From positions 5,504,001-5,568,000 of the forward strand of contig OZ244065.1 of NCBI GenBank assembly GCA_965215505.1: 64,000 bases of DNA, written 5' to 3'. Shown one piece after another: positions 10,550-19,790 of the stretch (the first letter of the stretch is position 1; each line of letters starts with the position of its first letter). This stretch comes from Capsulimonadaceae bacterium. Its GTDB lineage: Bacteria; Armatimonadota; Armatimonadia; Armatimonadales; Capsulimonadaceae. The notes below the pieces were generated by a model that was not told where the DNA came from, searched no databases, and worked only from the letters and a program-made list of their open reading frames with translations. The position numbers and the translations under genes were made by a program.

Positions 10550-11035
10550 GTGAAAACCGCCATGACCATCCGCTTCACCAAGGGCGGGGATAAACCCGAC
10601 ACGCTGACCTGCCGGCGTGGCGACGGCTCCTGCACCTGGACCGCGCTCAATCTGGCCGCGGGGCACGACCTGGGCCACTACGCCATCGAGACGACATTGG
10701 GCTTCCGTGACGCCTTCTTCGGGCTGATCGCGCAAGGATGGGCCATCCAGGACTTCGGCCGGCCAGACCCGGAGACGGGGCGGAAACCTGCCGTGCCGCC
10801 CGAAGCCATGCAGGCCGAAGTGCTGGCCGGCCTCCTGGATTTGGAGCGCCGCTCCGACCACCCGCCGACGTTCCCGGCGTTCGAGGAGATGCTGACGAGC
10901 GCCTGCGCCGGGCTGGGCCTGCCCGCGCCCGCGCTCGGGGCGGCCGAGCTGATGGCGATCCGCGCCCGCCACACCGCCCTGCTCCGCCGGTGGGCGGACT
11001 TGACCGAGGGGACGGCCCTGGAACTGGACTTCTAA
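10550..11035 (+). CDS. Hypothetical protein with HDLxHxxxE motif
   Basis: Globular-looking ORF, GHDLGHYAIETTLG..DAFFGLIAQGW; ends 2 nt before the RDD gene. Confidence 0.7.
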   Translation: MKTAMTIRFTKGGDKPDTLTCRRGDGSCTWTALNLAAGHDLGHYAIETTLGFRDAFFGLIAQGWAIQDFGRPDPETGRKPAVPPEAMQAEVLAGLLDLERRSDHPPTFPAFEEMLTSACAGLGLPAPALGAAELMAIRARHTALLRRWADLTEGTALELDF

Positions 11036-11037
11036 CC

Positions 11038-11928
11038 ATGTCACGCGAAATTCTAGTCGTCACGCCCGAGAACATCGAGATCGAATACGAGCTGGCCGGG
11101 ATCGGCTCGCGCTTCCTCGCCAACCTCCTCGACTCCCTGCTCCAGACGGCCATCTACCTCGGCATGTGGATCGTCGTCGGCATCATCGCCGGTATCGTCA
11201 GCGTGACGGCCGGTGCCTTCTCGCGCGCCCTGGCCGCGTTCTTCGGCGAGGTCTGGGTCGCCCTCGCCCTCATCGCCGGCTTCCTCGTCCTGTGGGGCTA
11301 TTTCATCTGGTTTGAGACCGCCTGGAACGGGCAAACGCCCGGCAAGCGGCAGCTCGGCCTGCGCGTCATCCGCGACGGCGGCTACCCGATCAACGTCTTC
11401 GCCGCCATCGCCCGCAACCTCATCCGCATCATGGACGGCATGCCGCTCGCCGCATTAGCCCTGCTCGGCATCGGCTACTTCGGCAAGCAGCCGCTCATCG
11501 GCGCGATGGGCGGCCTGTGCATCCTCATCCCCGTCCTGTGCATGCTCCTCTCCGCCCGCTACCAGCGGCTCGGCGACTTCGTCGCCGGGACCATGGTCGT
11601 CAAGCAGCGCGCCCCGCGCGTCCCGACCCTGGAAGCCCTGGCCCCGCCGCCGCGCGTCCTGCCCGAACACCTCGCCCCCTACGCCCTCGCCGACATCGGC
11701 CGCCACGTCTACGAGATGACCGTGCCCGAGTACCGCGCCGTCCGCCACTACATAGACCGCCGCTGGCAGCTCCCCCCGCAGGTCCAGCAGACATCCGCCA
11801 TGCGCCTCGCCGTCCCCCTGATGAAGCGGCTCGGCATCGTCCCCCCCGCCGGCGTCATCTCCGTCAACTACGCCGACTTCTTGGAGTATTTAGCGGTTGC
11901 GTTTGAGCAGTACCGGGGCGTGAAGTAG
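11038..11928 (+). CDS. RDD family membrane protein
   Basis: TPENIEIEYELAGIGSRFLA..LD, FETAWNGQTPGK, QRLGDFVAGT. Confidence 0.92.
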   Translation: MSREILVVTPENIEIEYELAGIGSRFLANLLDSLLQTAIYLGMWIVVGIIAGIVSVTAGAFSRALAAFFGEVWVALALIAGFLVLWGYFIWFETAWNGQTPGKRQLGLRVIRDGGYPINVFAAIARNLIRIMDGMPLAALALLGIGYFGKQPLIGAMGGLCILIPVLCMLLSARYQRLGDFVAGTMVVKQRAPRVPTLEALAPPPRVLPEHLAPYALADIGRHVYEMTVPEYRAVRHYIDRRWQLPPQVQQTSAMRLAVPLMKRLGIVPPAGVISVNYADFLEYLAVAFEQYRGVK

Positions 11929-11979
11929 AGGAACGTCCCGGACTTCAAGCAACAGGCCACTCAACCTGGCCACAGAAGG

Positions 11980-12119
11980 CCATGTGTTGAAACACACGTC
12001 TATTCAGCGCAGACGCTAGGAAGTACCGCTTCGCGGCACTTGGAGAAATCTTCACCTGATCCCCGCGAAGCGAGGATTGTTGGCGTCTGCGCCGTCTAGC
12101 CGTGTGTTTCAACACATGG
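11980..12119. repeat. 140-bp nested inverted-repeat element (MITE/REPIN-like)
   Basis: Perfect 19-bp IR CCATGTGTTGAAACACACG/CGTGTGTTTCAACACATGG enclosing two further 10-bp stems. Confidence 0.75.
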
Positions 12120-12121
12120 TC

Positions 12122-13319
12122 CTAGTAGCCTAACCTGGTAGAATGGATGAGTCTGAGGAGGCTTATCCGATGTCCGCGAAGAAATATCATGTGTCTCTGG
12201 CCGAGGCCGAGCGCGCCGAGCTTCTGCGCCTGAGCAAGTCCCAGCGCCACTCCGAGCGCGAGCGCAAACGCGCCCGCATCCTGTTGCTGGCCGACGAAGC
12301 CAAAGAAGGCGGCGCGGACAAAGATGCCGCCATCGCCCAGCAGGTCAAGGTCGCCCCGCTCACCGTCACCCGCGTCCGTCAACGCTTCTCCGAGCGCGGC
12401 CTGCACAAAGGTCTGGCCCATAAAGAACAAGAAACGCGCAAAGCCCGCGTCCTCGACGGAGAAGCCGAAGCCTTTCTGGTCGCCACCACATGCAGTACGC
12501 CGCCCGAGGGCCACAAGCGCTGGAGCCTGCGCCTGCTGAGGGACGCGCTCATCGAGCAGCAGATCGTGGACGCCATCGGCAAAGAGACCGTGCGCCAGGC
12601 GCTAAAAAAAATGAACTCAAGCCGTGGCTAAAGAAATGCTGGTGCATCCCGCCCGAGCAGAATGCCGAGTTCGTCTTCCGCATGGAAGATGTGCTCTCGG
12701 TCTACCAGAGGCCGCAGGACGAGAAGCGTCCCCTGGTCTGTCTGGACGAGGCCAGCAAGCAGCTCTTGTCTGACGCGCGGCCTGCGCTCCCGATGACGGC
12801 GGGGCAGCCCGCCCGCCAGGACAGCGAATATGTGCGGAACGGGACGGCCAGTTTGTTCATGGTCTCTGAGCCGCTGGCGGGCAAGCGGCACGTCCATGTG
12901 ACCGCCCAGCGCACCTGCCAGGACTTCGCCCGCGTCATCCTGCATCTGGTGGATGTGCTGCATCCTGACGCGGAGAAGATCGTTCTGGTCATGGACAACC
13001 TGAACACGCATACGCCCGCCAGCTTATACCGCGCCTTTCTGCCTGCGGAGGCCAAGCGGCTGGCCGACAGACTTGAGGTGCATTACACGCCCAAGCACGG
13101 CTCGTGGCTGAACATGGCCGAGATCGAGTTGTCCGTCTTGGCGCGGCAGTGTTTGTCTGAGCGCTTGGGCGACCAAGAGAACCTGCAAAGGCAAGTGGCG
13201 GCTTGGCAAGGTAGGCGCAACGCGAGTGCCGCCAAGATTGACTGGCGGTTCACGACGGAAGACGCCCGCATCAAACTGAAGCGGCTCTACCCCACTATCC
13301 TACCAGGTTAGACTACTAG
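12122..13319 (+). mobile_element. IS630-family insertion sequence
   Basis: Ends CTAGTAGCCTAACCTGGTAG / CTACCAGGTTAGACTACTAG (19/20 inverted match including CTAG); HTH ORF + DDE ORF. Confidence 0.93.
12170..13311 (+). CDS. IS630 transposase, two ORFs joined by a probable -1 frameshift at A8 (12604-12611)
   Basis: RBS GAGGAGG; ORF1 RARILLLADE...WSLRLL; ORF2 in the -1 frame KKNELKPW, LVCLDEAS, VMDNLNTH, WLNMAEIE. Confidence 0.9.
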
Positions 13320-13350
13320 TTCACGATACGGTCAGGCTTCGGAGATCACA

Positions 13351-13833
13351 ATGGGCAGTGAAATGACGGCCTTCATCGAGTACGATGAGGAGTACGCAGA
13401 CCAGCTATTCCTCCTTCGCGTCAGGCGAGTGCCCCTCAACGACGTCAAAGAACTGCCGCTGCCGTTCGCACCGGGCAGCAGCATCGTGAGCTTGACCGTA
13501 CAGGAAGGGCTATACACCGGCTCAAAAGATTATGCGTTCTTCGGGGCAGTTTCGGGCGTCCGCAATAGGACAGGCATTGAGCCGCTTCATTCGCCGCGCG
13601 GCTTGCCTCTTGTTCTGAGTATGCATGTCAACTGGGCAGTGAAAAGCGACGCGTTTGATGGGTTGAGCGGCATCGGGTGGCTGACGCTGGAGGAGATAAA
13701 CGCAGCGCTCGACCATCAAGCGGTCAACCGCGATTTTTTGAGCAACGAGACGCTGGCGATCATGGATGTCATGGGTGCCCTTGAAAAACGTTTCGGGCTA
13801 AATTGAGTGCGGTTGATATTCGGCTTTGACTGA
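13351..13833 (+). pseudogene. Phage-like hypothetical protein, probably truncated by a premature TGA at 13804
   Basis: DYAFFGAVSGVRN..G..P...RGLP, WLT.EEI; the frame continues past the stop as VRLIFGFD*. Confidence 0.5.
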
Positions 13834-13894
13834 CCGTGAGACGCAGACCGCCGGTTGACGCGCCCCCCTGTTTTCCAGTATAATAACCCTCACG

Positions 13895-14791
13895 ATGCGA
13901 ATACTCATCACCGGCGCGGCGGGGATGTTGGGGACCGACGCGCGGCGCCTCTTCGCCGCGTCGGGGCACACAGTCATCCCGACCGATGTCGGTCCCGCCG
14001 CGACCGGCGACATCCGCCCGCTGGACATCACGGACGGGGCCGCCGTGCGCGCGTTTTTTGCGGAAACGAACCCCGGCCTCGTTTTCCACGGCGCGGCCTA
14101 CACCAACGTGGACGGGTGCGAGCGGGACCCAGACCTGGCGCACCGCGTCAATGCCCTGGGGGCGTGGAACGTGGCGAGCGCGGCGGACCAGATCGGCGCG
14201 GCCCTGGTCGCCGTTTCCACCGATTTTGTGTTTGACGGGGCGAAGGGCACGCCCTACACCGAGTTCGACGCCCCTTGCCCGATCAGCCACTACGGGGCCT
14301 CCAAGCTGGCGGGCGAGAACCTGGCGCGGGCCGTCTGCCGCCGGTGCTACGTCGTCCGCACGTCCTGGATGTACGGGGTGCATGGGAAGAACTTCCCGTA
14401 CACGGTCATCGCCCTGGCGAAGACCAAACCCGAGCTGCCCATCGTCGCCGACCAGTTTGGGACGCCGACGTACACGGTAGACTTTCTGGAAGCGGTGCTG
14501 GACATCATTCGGACGCCCTTGTACGGCATCTACCACGTCAGCAACGGCGGCGAGACGAGTTGGGCAGGCTTTGCGAGGGCGATCCTTGCCGGAACGGACC
14601 TGGCCCATGTGCCCGTCAGGCCGATCACCTCGGACGAGTACGCGCGGATGTTCGGCTCACCGACCCGCCGCCCCGCTTACAGCGTCCTGCGCCACTACGC
14701 GCTGGAGATGATGGGTAAAGACACCCTGCGGCCCTGGGAGAACGCCCTGGACGCTTTTCTGTTTTCGGCCCGCGAACACGGGAAGATTTAG
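13895..14791 (+). CDS. rfbD: dTDP-4-dehydrorhamnose reductase
   Basis: ILITGAAGMLG, AAYTNVDGCE, STDFVFDG, YGASKLAGE, DQFGTPT. Confidence 0.95.
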   Translation: MRILITGAAGMLGTDARRLFAASGHTVIPTDVGPAATGDIRPLDITDGAAVRAFFAETNPGLVFHGAAYTNVDGCERDPDLAHRVNALGAWNVASAADQIGAALVAVSTDFVFDGAKGTPYTEFDAPCPISHYGASKLAGENLARAVCRRCYVVRTSWMYGVHGKNFPYTVIALAKTKPELPIVADQFGTPTYTVDFLEAVLDIIRTPLYGIYHVSNGGETSWAGFARAILAGTDLAHVPVRPITSDEYARMFGSPTRRPAYSVLRHYALEMMGKDTLRPWENALDAFLFSAREHGKI

Positions 14792-14902
14792 CACGCAAAA
14801 AATGCGAAAACGAACCACAACAAGTGTGACGGGAAACATGATGGAACCGGCGCTGGCAGCCTCCTGCCTGCGCCGCGTGATTGGGGACCTCTCGATACGC
14901 GC

Positions 14903-14927
14903 GTAGGGGCGCGATTCATCGCGCCCT
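14903..14927 (+). repeat. GTAG-type REP palindrome
   Basis: GTAG followed by the hairpin GGGCGCGAT-TC-ATCGCGCCC. Confidence 0.7.
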
Positions 14928-14997
14928 TCCTGACGCCGCCCCGTGATGCTCGCCCAACGCCTGCATCCGACCCGCCCTGATTCGAGAGGACACCCCC

Positions 14998-17943
14998 ATG
15001 ACCGAAGTTTACACCGAACCGGCGGCCACGAAGCCCGCCGGGACCGCCGAATATGTCAAGCCCGACTACAGCAAGACCCTGAACGTCCCCAAGCCCGACG
15101 TCAAGAACCCGGACGGCCTGGACACCAACGAGTCCTCCATCCCGCAGCGCGCCAACCTCGCTCGGCGCGAGCCGCAGATACTTGAGTTCTGGCGGCGCAA
15201 CCGCATCTACGAGGCGTCCCTCAAAGGCACCACGGCGCGCGGGACCTTCCTGCTGCACGACGGCCCGCCCTTCTCCAATGGTGACATCCACATCGGCCAC
15301 GCCTTCAACAAGATCCTGAAGGACGTCGTCACCAAGTTCCGCACCATGGAAGGCTACACCGCCCCCTATGTGCCCGGCTGGGACAACAACGGCCTGCCCA
15401 TCGAGGTGCTTGTCGCCAAGGAGTTCCGCGAGAAGAACCTGACCCCGACCCGCATGGAGATCCGCCGCCGCTGCCGCGAGGTGGCCGAGGAGTGGGTCGG
15501 CAAGCAGTCCGAACAGTTCCAGCGGCTCGGCATCCGGGGCGACTGGGACCACCCCTATCTGACCATGTCCAAGAAGATGGCCGCCAAGGAGCTGGACGTC
15601 TTCGCCGAGATGGTGGACAAGGGCTTCGTCTACCGCGACCGCAAGCCCGTCTTCTGGTCGTTCGCCGACCGGACCGCCCTGGCCGAAGCCGAGATCGAGT
15701 ACGCCGACCGGACCGACCCGTCCATCTACGTCCGCTTCCCGCTGGTGCGGGACGAAGCTAATGTCTTCGGCGGCGCGGACCCGAGCCGCTGCTTCACGGT
15801 CATCTGGACGACCACGCCCTGGACCATCCCCGCCAATGTCGCACTCGCCGTCGGCCCGAACCTGGGCTATGTAGTCGTCGAACACCAGGGCAGTTTCTAT
15901 CTGCTCGCCGAGGCTCGGCTTGGCGCGACCATGGCGGCAGCGGGGTTCACCGGCTGGTCCGTCGTGCGGACCCTCTCAGGGTCCGCCCTGGTCGCGCCCG
16001 GCAATAGCCTGGAAACTCTGGTCTTTCGGCACCCGCTGTTCGAGCGCGAGTCGCCCGTCCTGCCCGCCGACTATGTCACGACCACCGACGGCACCGGCGT
16101 CGTCCACACGGCGGGCGGGCACGGCAAGGACGACTACCAGACCGTCCTGAAGCGCAACGCCCGCTGGACCCAGGCCGGGTACAAGGACGGCGGCGAGCCG
16201 CTGCCCCTGCTGCAAGTGCTGACCGACGACGGCTTCTTCAACGAGGAGGCCGGACCGGACTTCGCGGGCGAGAAATTGGGCGCGGGCCAGGAGAAGGTCA
16301 TGGCGCGTCTCGCCGACGCCGGTGCCCTGCTGGCCCGCGAGGAGTACACGCACTCCTACCCGATGGGCTGGCGCTCGCACGACCCGCTCGTCCAGCGCGC
16401 GACCCCGCAGTGGTTCGTGGACATAGACAACAAGGGGCATCGGGGAAAGGCCGTGAAGGCCATCGAAGGCGTCCGCTGGTTCCCCGAAGAGTCCCGAAAC
16501 CGCATCAAGGCTATGGTGGAGGGCCGCCCTGACTGGTGCATCTCGCGCCAGCGCGCCTGGGGCGTCGGCATCCCCGTCTTCTACGCCCAGCCCTCCGGCA
16601 CCCCGTTGCTGACCAAAGAGAGCGTCGGCCATGTCCGCGACCTCGTCGCGAGCCACGGCACCGACGCCTGGTTTGAGACGGACGTCCAGGACATCCTGCC
16701 GCCCGGCTTCAAGCACCCGGACACGGGCGAAACCGAGTTCGTCAAAGAGACGGACATCTTCGACGTCTGGTTCGACTCGGGTTCCACCTGCCGCACGGTC
16801 CTGGAACAGTGGCCCGGCCTGTCCTACCCCGCCGACGCCTACCTGGAAGGGGGCGACCAGCACCGGGGCTGGTTCAACTCCTCGCTGATGATCGGCGTCG
16901 CGACTAAAGGGGCCGCCCCGTACCGGCAGGTCATCACGAACGGCTGGACGCTGGACGAGTCGGGCCGCAAGATGTCCAAGTCCAAAATGAACGGCGTCGC
17001 GCCGTCCGCCGTCGTCGAGAAGTACGGCGCGGACGTCCTGCGCCTCTGGGTCTGCATGTCGGACTACTTCGCCGACGTCCGGGTGGGCGACAAGATCCTG
17101 GAGCAGGCGGCGACGAACTACCGGACCTTGCGGAACACCCTGCGCTTCACGCTGGGCAACCTGTACGACTTCGACCCGGTCCTGAACGCCGTCCCGCTGA
17201 ACGACCTGGACGAGATAGACCGCTGGGCCATGCACCGGCTCAACGAAGTCGTCCGCCGCTGCACGGCGGCCTACGACGTCTACGAGTTCCCGCGCGTCGC
17301 CCAGACCCTCCTGACGTTCTGTGCCCAGGACCTGAGCGCGTTCTACCTGGACGTCCTGAAGGACCGGCTCTACTCCTGGGGGGCCGACTCGCGCGAGCGC
17401 CGTTCGGCCCAGACCGCGCTGTACGAGATCACCAGCACGCTGACGCGCCTGCTGGCCCCGATCCTCTCGTTCACCGCCGAGGAGGTCTGGCAGAAGCTCC
17501 CCGTCTCCGGCAAACCCGCCTCGGTCCTGCTGGCCGCCCTGCCCGGCTACCGCGCCGACGTCCGCTCGCGCGAGTTGGAGGCGCGCTGGGAGCCGCTGCT
17601 GGAAACGCGCGAGGCGGTCAACAAGGCGCTGGAAGGCACCAAAAAGCGGCTGGAGCTAGGCGTGACGCTGACGGCGGACGGGGAAACTTATGCCGCCCTC
17701 CACTCGTATCTGAGTCAACTGCCCGCACTGCTCCTGGTTTCTCGGGTCACTCTCCGGCAGTCGGCCGTGCCCGGCTTGCAGATCGAGAACAACGGCCCCG
17801 CGCCCGGAACGCGCTGCGCCCGCTGCTGGGTCGCCGTCCCCGACGGCGGCGACGAGGACCCCGCCGCCTTTTGCGCCGGGGGTTGCTCACGCCGCTGGCT
17901 GGTGTCGAGCGACGGCGAAGTGGCTTCAAGAAGGCTGATCTAA
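14998..17943 (+). CDS. ileS: Isoleucine--tRNA ligase (type 1)
   Basis: LHDGPP, HIGH, WTTTPWT, DWCISRQR, EGGDQHRGWF, KMSKS, C-terminal CARCW. Confidence 0.98.
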   Translation: MTEVYTEPAATKPAGTAEYVKPDYSKTLNVPKPDVKNPDGLDTNESSIPQRANLARREPQILEFWRRNRIYEASLKGTTARGTFLLHDGPPFSNGDIHIGHAFNKILKDVVTKFRTMEGYTAPYVPGWDNNGLPIEVLVAKEFREKNLTPTRMEIRRRCREVAEEWVGKQSEQFQRLGIRGDWDHPYLTMSKKMAAKELDVFAEMVDKGFVYRDRKPVFWSFADRTALAEAEIEYADRTDPSIYVRFPLVRDEANVFGGADPSRCFTVIWTTTPWTIPANVALAVGPNLGYVVVEHQGSFYLLAEARLGATMAAAGFTGWSVVRTLSGSALVAPGNSLETLVFRHPLFERESPVLPADYVTTTDGTGVVHTAGGHGKDDYQTVLKRNARWTQAGYKDGGEPLPLLQVLTDDGFFNEEAGPDFAGEKLGAGQEKVMARLADAGALLAREEYTHSYPMGWRSHDPLVQRATPQWFVDIDNKGHRGKAVKAIEGVRWFPEESRNRIKAMVEGRPDWCISRQRAWGVGIPVFYAQPSGTPLLTKESVGHVRDLVASHGTDAWFETDVQDILPPGFKHPDTGETEFVKETDIFDVWFDSGSTCRTVLEQWPGLSYPADAYLEGGDQHRGWFNSSLMIGVATKGAAPYRQVITNGWTLDESGRKMSKSKMNGVAPSAVVEKYGADVLRLWVCMSDYFADVRVGDKILEQAATNYRTLRNTLRFTLGNLYDFDPVLNAVPLNDLDEIDRWAMHRLNEVVRRCTAAYDVYEFPRVAQTLLTFCAQDLSAFYLDVLKDRLYSWGADSRERRSAQTALYEITSTLTRLLAPILSFTAEEVWQKLPVSGKPASVLLAALPGYRADVRSRELEARWEPLLETREAVNKALEGTKKRLELGVTLTADGETYAALHSYLSQLPALLLVSRVTLRQSAVPGLQIENNGPAPGTRCARCWVAVPDGGDEDPAAFCAGGCSRRWLVSSDGEVASRRLI

Positions 17944-17957
17944 TCTTTTCCCTCATG

Positions 17958-18000
17958 CCCCCCCTCTCCCGCTTGCGGGGGAGGGGCCGGGGGTGGGGGT
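17958..18000. repeat. REP-like palindromic element
   Basis: CCCCCTCTCCCGCTTGCGGGGGAGGGGCCGGGGGTGGGGG; resembles a widespread CCCTCTCCCGC..GCGGGAGAGGG intergenic repeat. Confidence 0.6.
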
Positions 18001-18021
18001 CCAACGACCGAAAGGAATCTC

Positions 18022-18396
18022 ATGACCGAAGACCAACTGGCGCACTTCAAGCAGGTGCTGCTGGACGAAAAGGCGCGCGTCGAAGCCGAGCGCGCCGCCT
18101 ACACCGGCCCAGACCGGGACCAGTCCGAGGAGGACGAAGCCGGCGAGCTGTCCCACGGCGACGTGAACGACCCCGCCGACGAGGCCACGAACCTGATGGA
18201 CCGGGACCGCAACTACGCCGCCGAGGATAACATGGGCCGGATTCTGGGCAAGATCGAGCGCGCCCTGGCGAAGATAGACGAGGGGACCTACGGCCTCTCC
18301 GACATAGACGGGACGCCCATCCCCATCGCCCGCCTGGAAGCCTTGCCCTATGCGGTGACTACGGTGGAGCAGGCGGAACACGCGCTTGAAGGCTAG
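18022..18396 (+). CDS. TraR/DksA family protein without zinc-finger cysteines
   Basis: Coiled coil with DPADEA tip; IERALAKIDEGTYG...G.PIP..RLEALP; no Cys. Confidence 0.88.
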   Translation: MTEDQLAHFKQVLLDEKARVEAERAAYTGPDRDQSEEDEAGELSHGDVNDPADEATNLMDRDRNYAAEDNMGRILGKIERALAKIDEGTYGLSDIDGTPIPIARLEALPYAVTTVEQAEHALEG

Positions 18397-18429
18397 ACCC
18401 TCCGGGAGCGGACTAGTAAGGACTAGACT

Positions 18430-18939
18430 TTGAGCCGTTTCGGCCTCTACAGCATCGCCCTGCTCGTCCTGCTGGCCGACCAGATCAGCAAGGCCTGGAT
18501 CGTCGCCGTCCACTGGCACTGGCCCGAAGAGGGCCGGGAGCTGATTCCCGGCTTCTTCGCGCTGACCTTTAACGTCAACACCGGCGGCGCGTTCGGCATC
18601 CTGCCGCACGGGACCCTGCTGCTGGCCCTGGCCGCCGCCGTCGCCGCCGTCGCGATTGTCGTCTACAGCCTGCGTGCCCCGATGCCCCTGCCGCGCCTGC
18701 TCGGCGTCGCCCTCGCCCTGCCCCTGGGCGGCGCGCTGGGCAACCTGCTCGACCGCGTCCGCCTGCACCACGTCATTGACTTCCTCGCGCTCTATGCCGG
18801 ACCGGACCGGCAGTGGCAGTTCCCGATCTTCAACCTCGCCGACTCGGCGATCTGCATCGGCGTCTGCCTCCTGGCGCTCTACTATGGCCGTCAGCCCGCC
18901 CCCGCCCCCGAGGCGGTCCTCGGCCTGAAAGACAACTGA
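18430..18939 (+). CDS. lspA: Signal peptidase II
   Basis: DQISK, NTGGAFG, GALGNLLDR, VIDF, FPIFNLADSAI. Confidence 0.96.
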   Translation: MSRFGLYSIALLVLLADQISKAWIVAVHWHWPEEGRELIPGFFALTFNVNTGGAFGILPHGTLLLALAAAVAAVAIVVYSLRAPMPLPRLLGVALALPLGGALGNLLDRVRLHHVIDFLALYAGPDRQWQFPIFNLADSAICIGVCLLALYYGRQPAPAPEAVLGLKDN

Positions 18940-19790
18940 TGTACCCTGTCCTGTTCCACGTCGGCACGTTCGCGGTCCACACCTACGGCGTCGTCCTCAT
19001 GCTGGCCTTTCTAGCCGCTCTGGCGCGCACCTACGCGGCGGCAAAGCGCCTGGGCGATCCGGGCGTCCCGCCGGACAACATCCTGGACGCCGGCATCTGG
19101 ATGATCATCATCGGCACGGTCGGCGCGCGGCTCCTGTTCGTGCTGGTGGACTGGGGCAGCTACCGGCACGCCCCCGACTTCCCGCTCAACACCTTGCAGG
19201 TTTGGCATGGCGGCCTGTCCTTCCACGGCGGCCTGTTCGGCGGCATCGGCGCGCTCGTCGGCTACTGCCTGCTGAAGCGCATGTCCATCCTGAAGGTCGC
19301 TGACCTGTTCGCTCCCTCCGTCATGATCGCCTACGTCATCGGGCGTCTGGGCTGCCTCCTGAACGGCTGCTGCTACGGGGCACCGACGGCGATGCCCTGG
19401 GGCATCCGGTTCCACGACGAAGACACCGGCCTCCTGACCCCGCCGAGCCACCCGACTCAGCTTTACGCGAGCCTCCTCAGCTTGGCCTTCTTCGGCGGCC
19501 TGGTCTGGCTGGAACGACGCCGCGCCTACTACGGCCAGATCTCGTGCTGGTACATCCTGCTCGCCGCCACCGAGCGGTTCCTGATGGAGATCTGGCGGGC
19601 TGGCACGACCTCGGACGTCGTCCGCGTCGGGCCGATCCACTTCCTCACCGACGTGCAGTGGCTCTGCCTGGGCATGGCCGCCCTCGCTCTGGTCGGGATG
19701 GTCGCCCTGCGCCGCAAGTACCCCGCCCCGCCCCCCGCGTCCGCCGAGCCGCCCGCCCTGCGCCCGCCGCTGGAGGCCGCCGCCCGATGA
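18939..19790 (+). CDS. lgt: Prolipoprotein diacylglyceryl transferase
   Basis: MYPVLF, GARLLFV, WHGGLSFHGG, IGRLGC.LNGCCYG, HPTQLY. Confidence 0.95.
   Translation: MYPVLFHVGTFAVHTYGVVLMLAFLAALARTYAAAKRLGDPGVPPDNILDAGIWMIIIGTVGARLLFVLVDWGSYRHAPDFPLNTLQVWHGGLSFHGGLFGGIGALVGYCLLKRMSILKVADLFAPSVMIAYVIGRLGCLLNGCCYGAPTAMPWGIRFHDEDTGLLTPPSHPTQLYASLLSLAFFGGLVWLERRRAYYGQISCWYILLAATERFLMEIWRAGTTSDVVRVGPIHFLTDVQWLCLGMAALALVGMVALRRKYPAPPPASAEPPALRPPLEAAAR

Noticed and set aside
14792-14997. T-box riboswitch upstream of ileS
   Set aside because: TGGAACC is present, but I could not form the antiterminator pairing or a stem I with an Ile specifier. The hairpins look REP-like. A cmscan would settle it.
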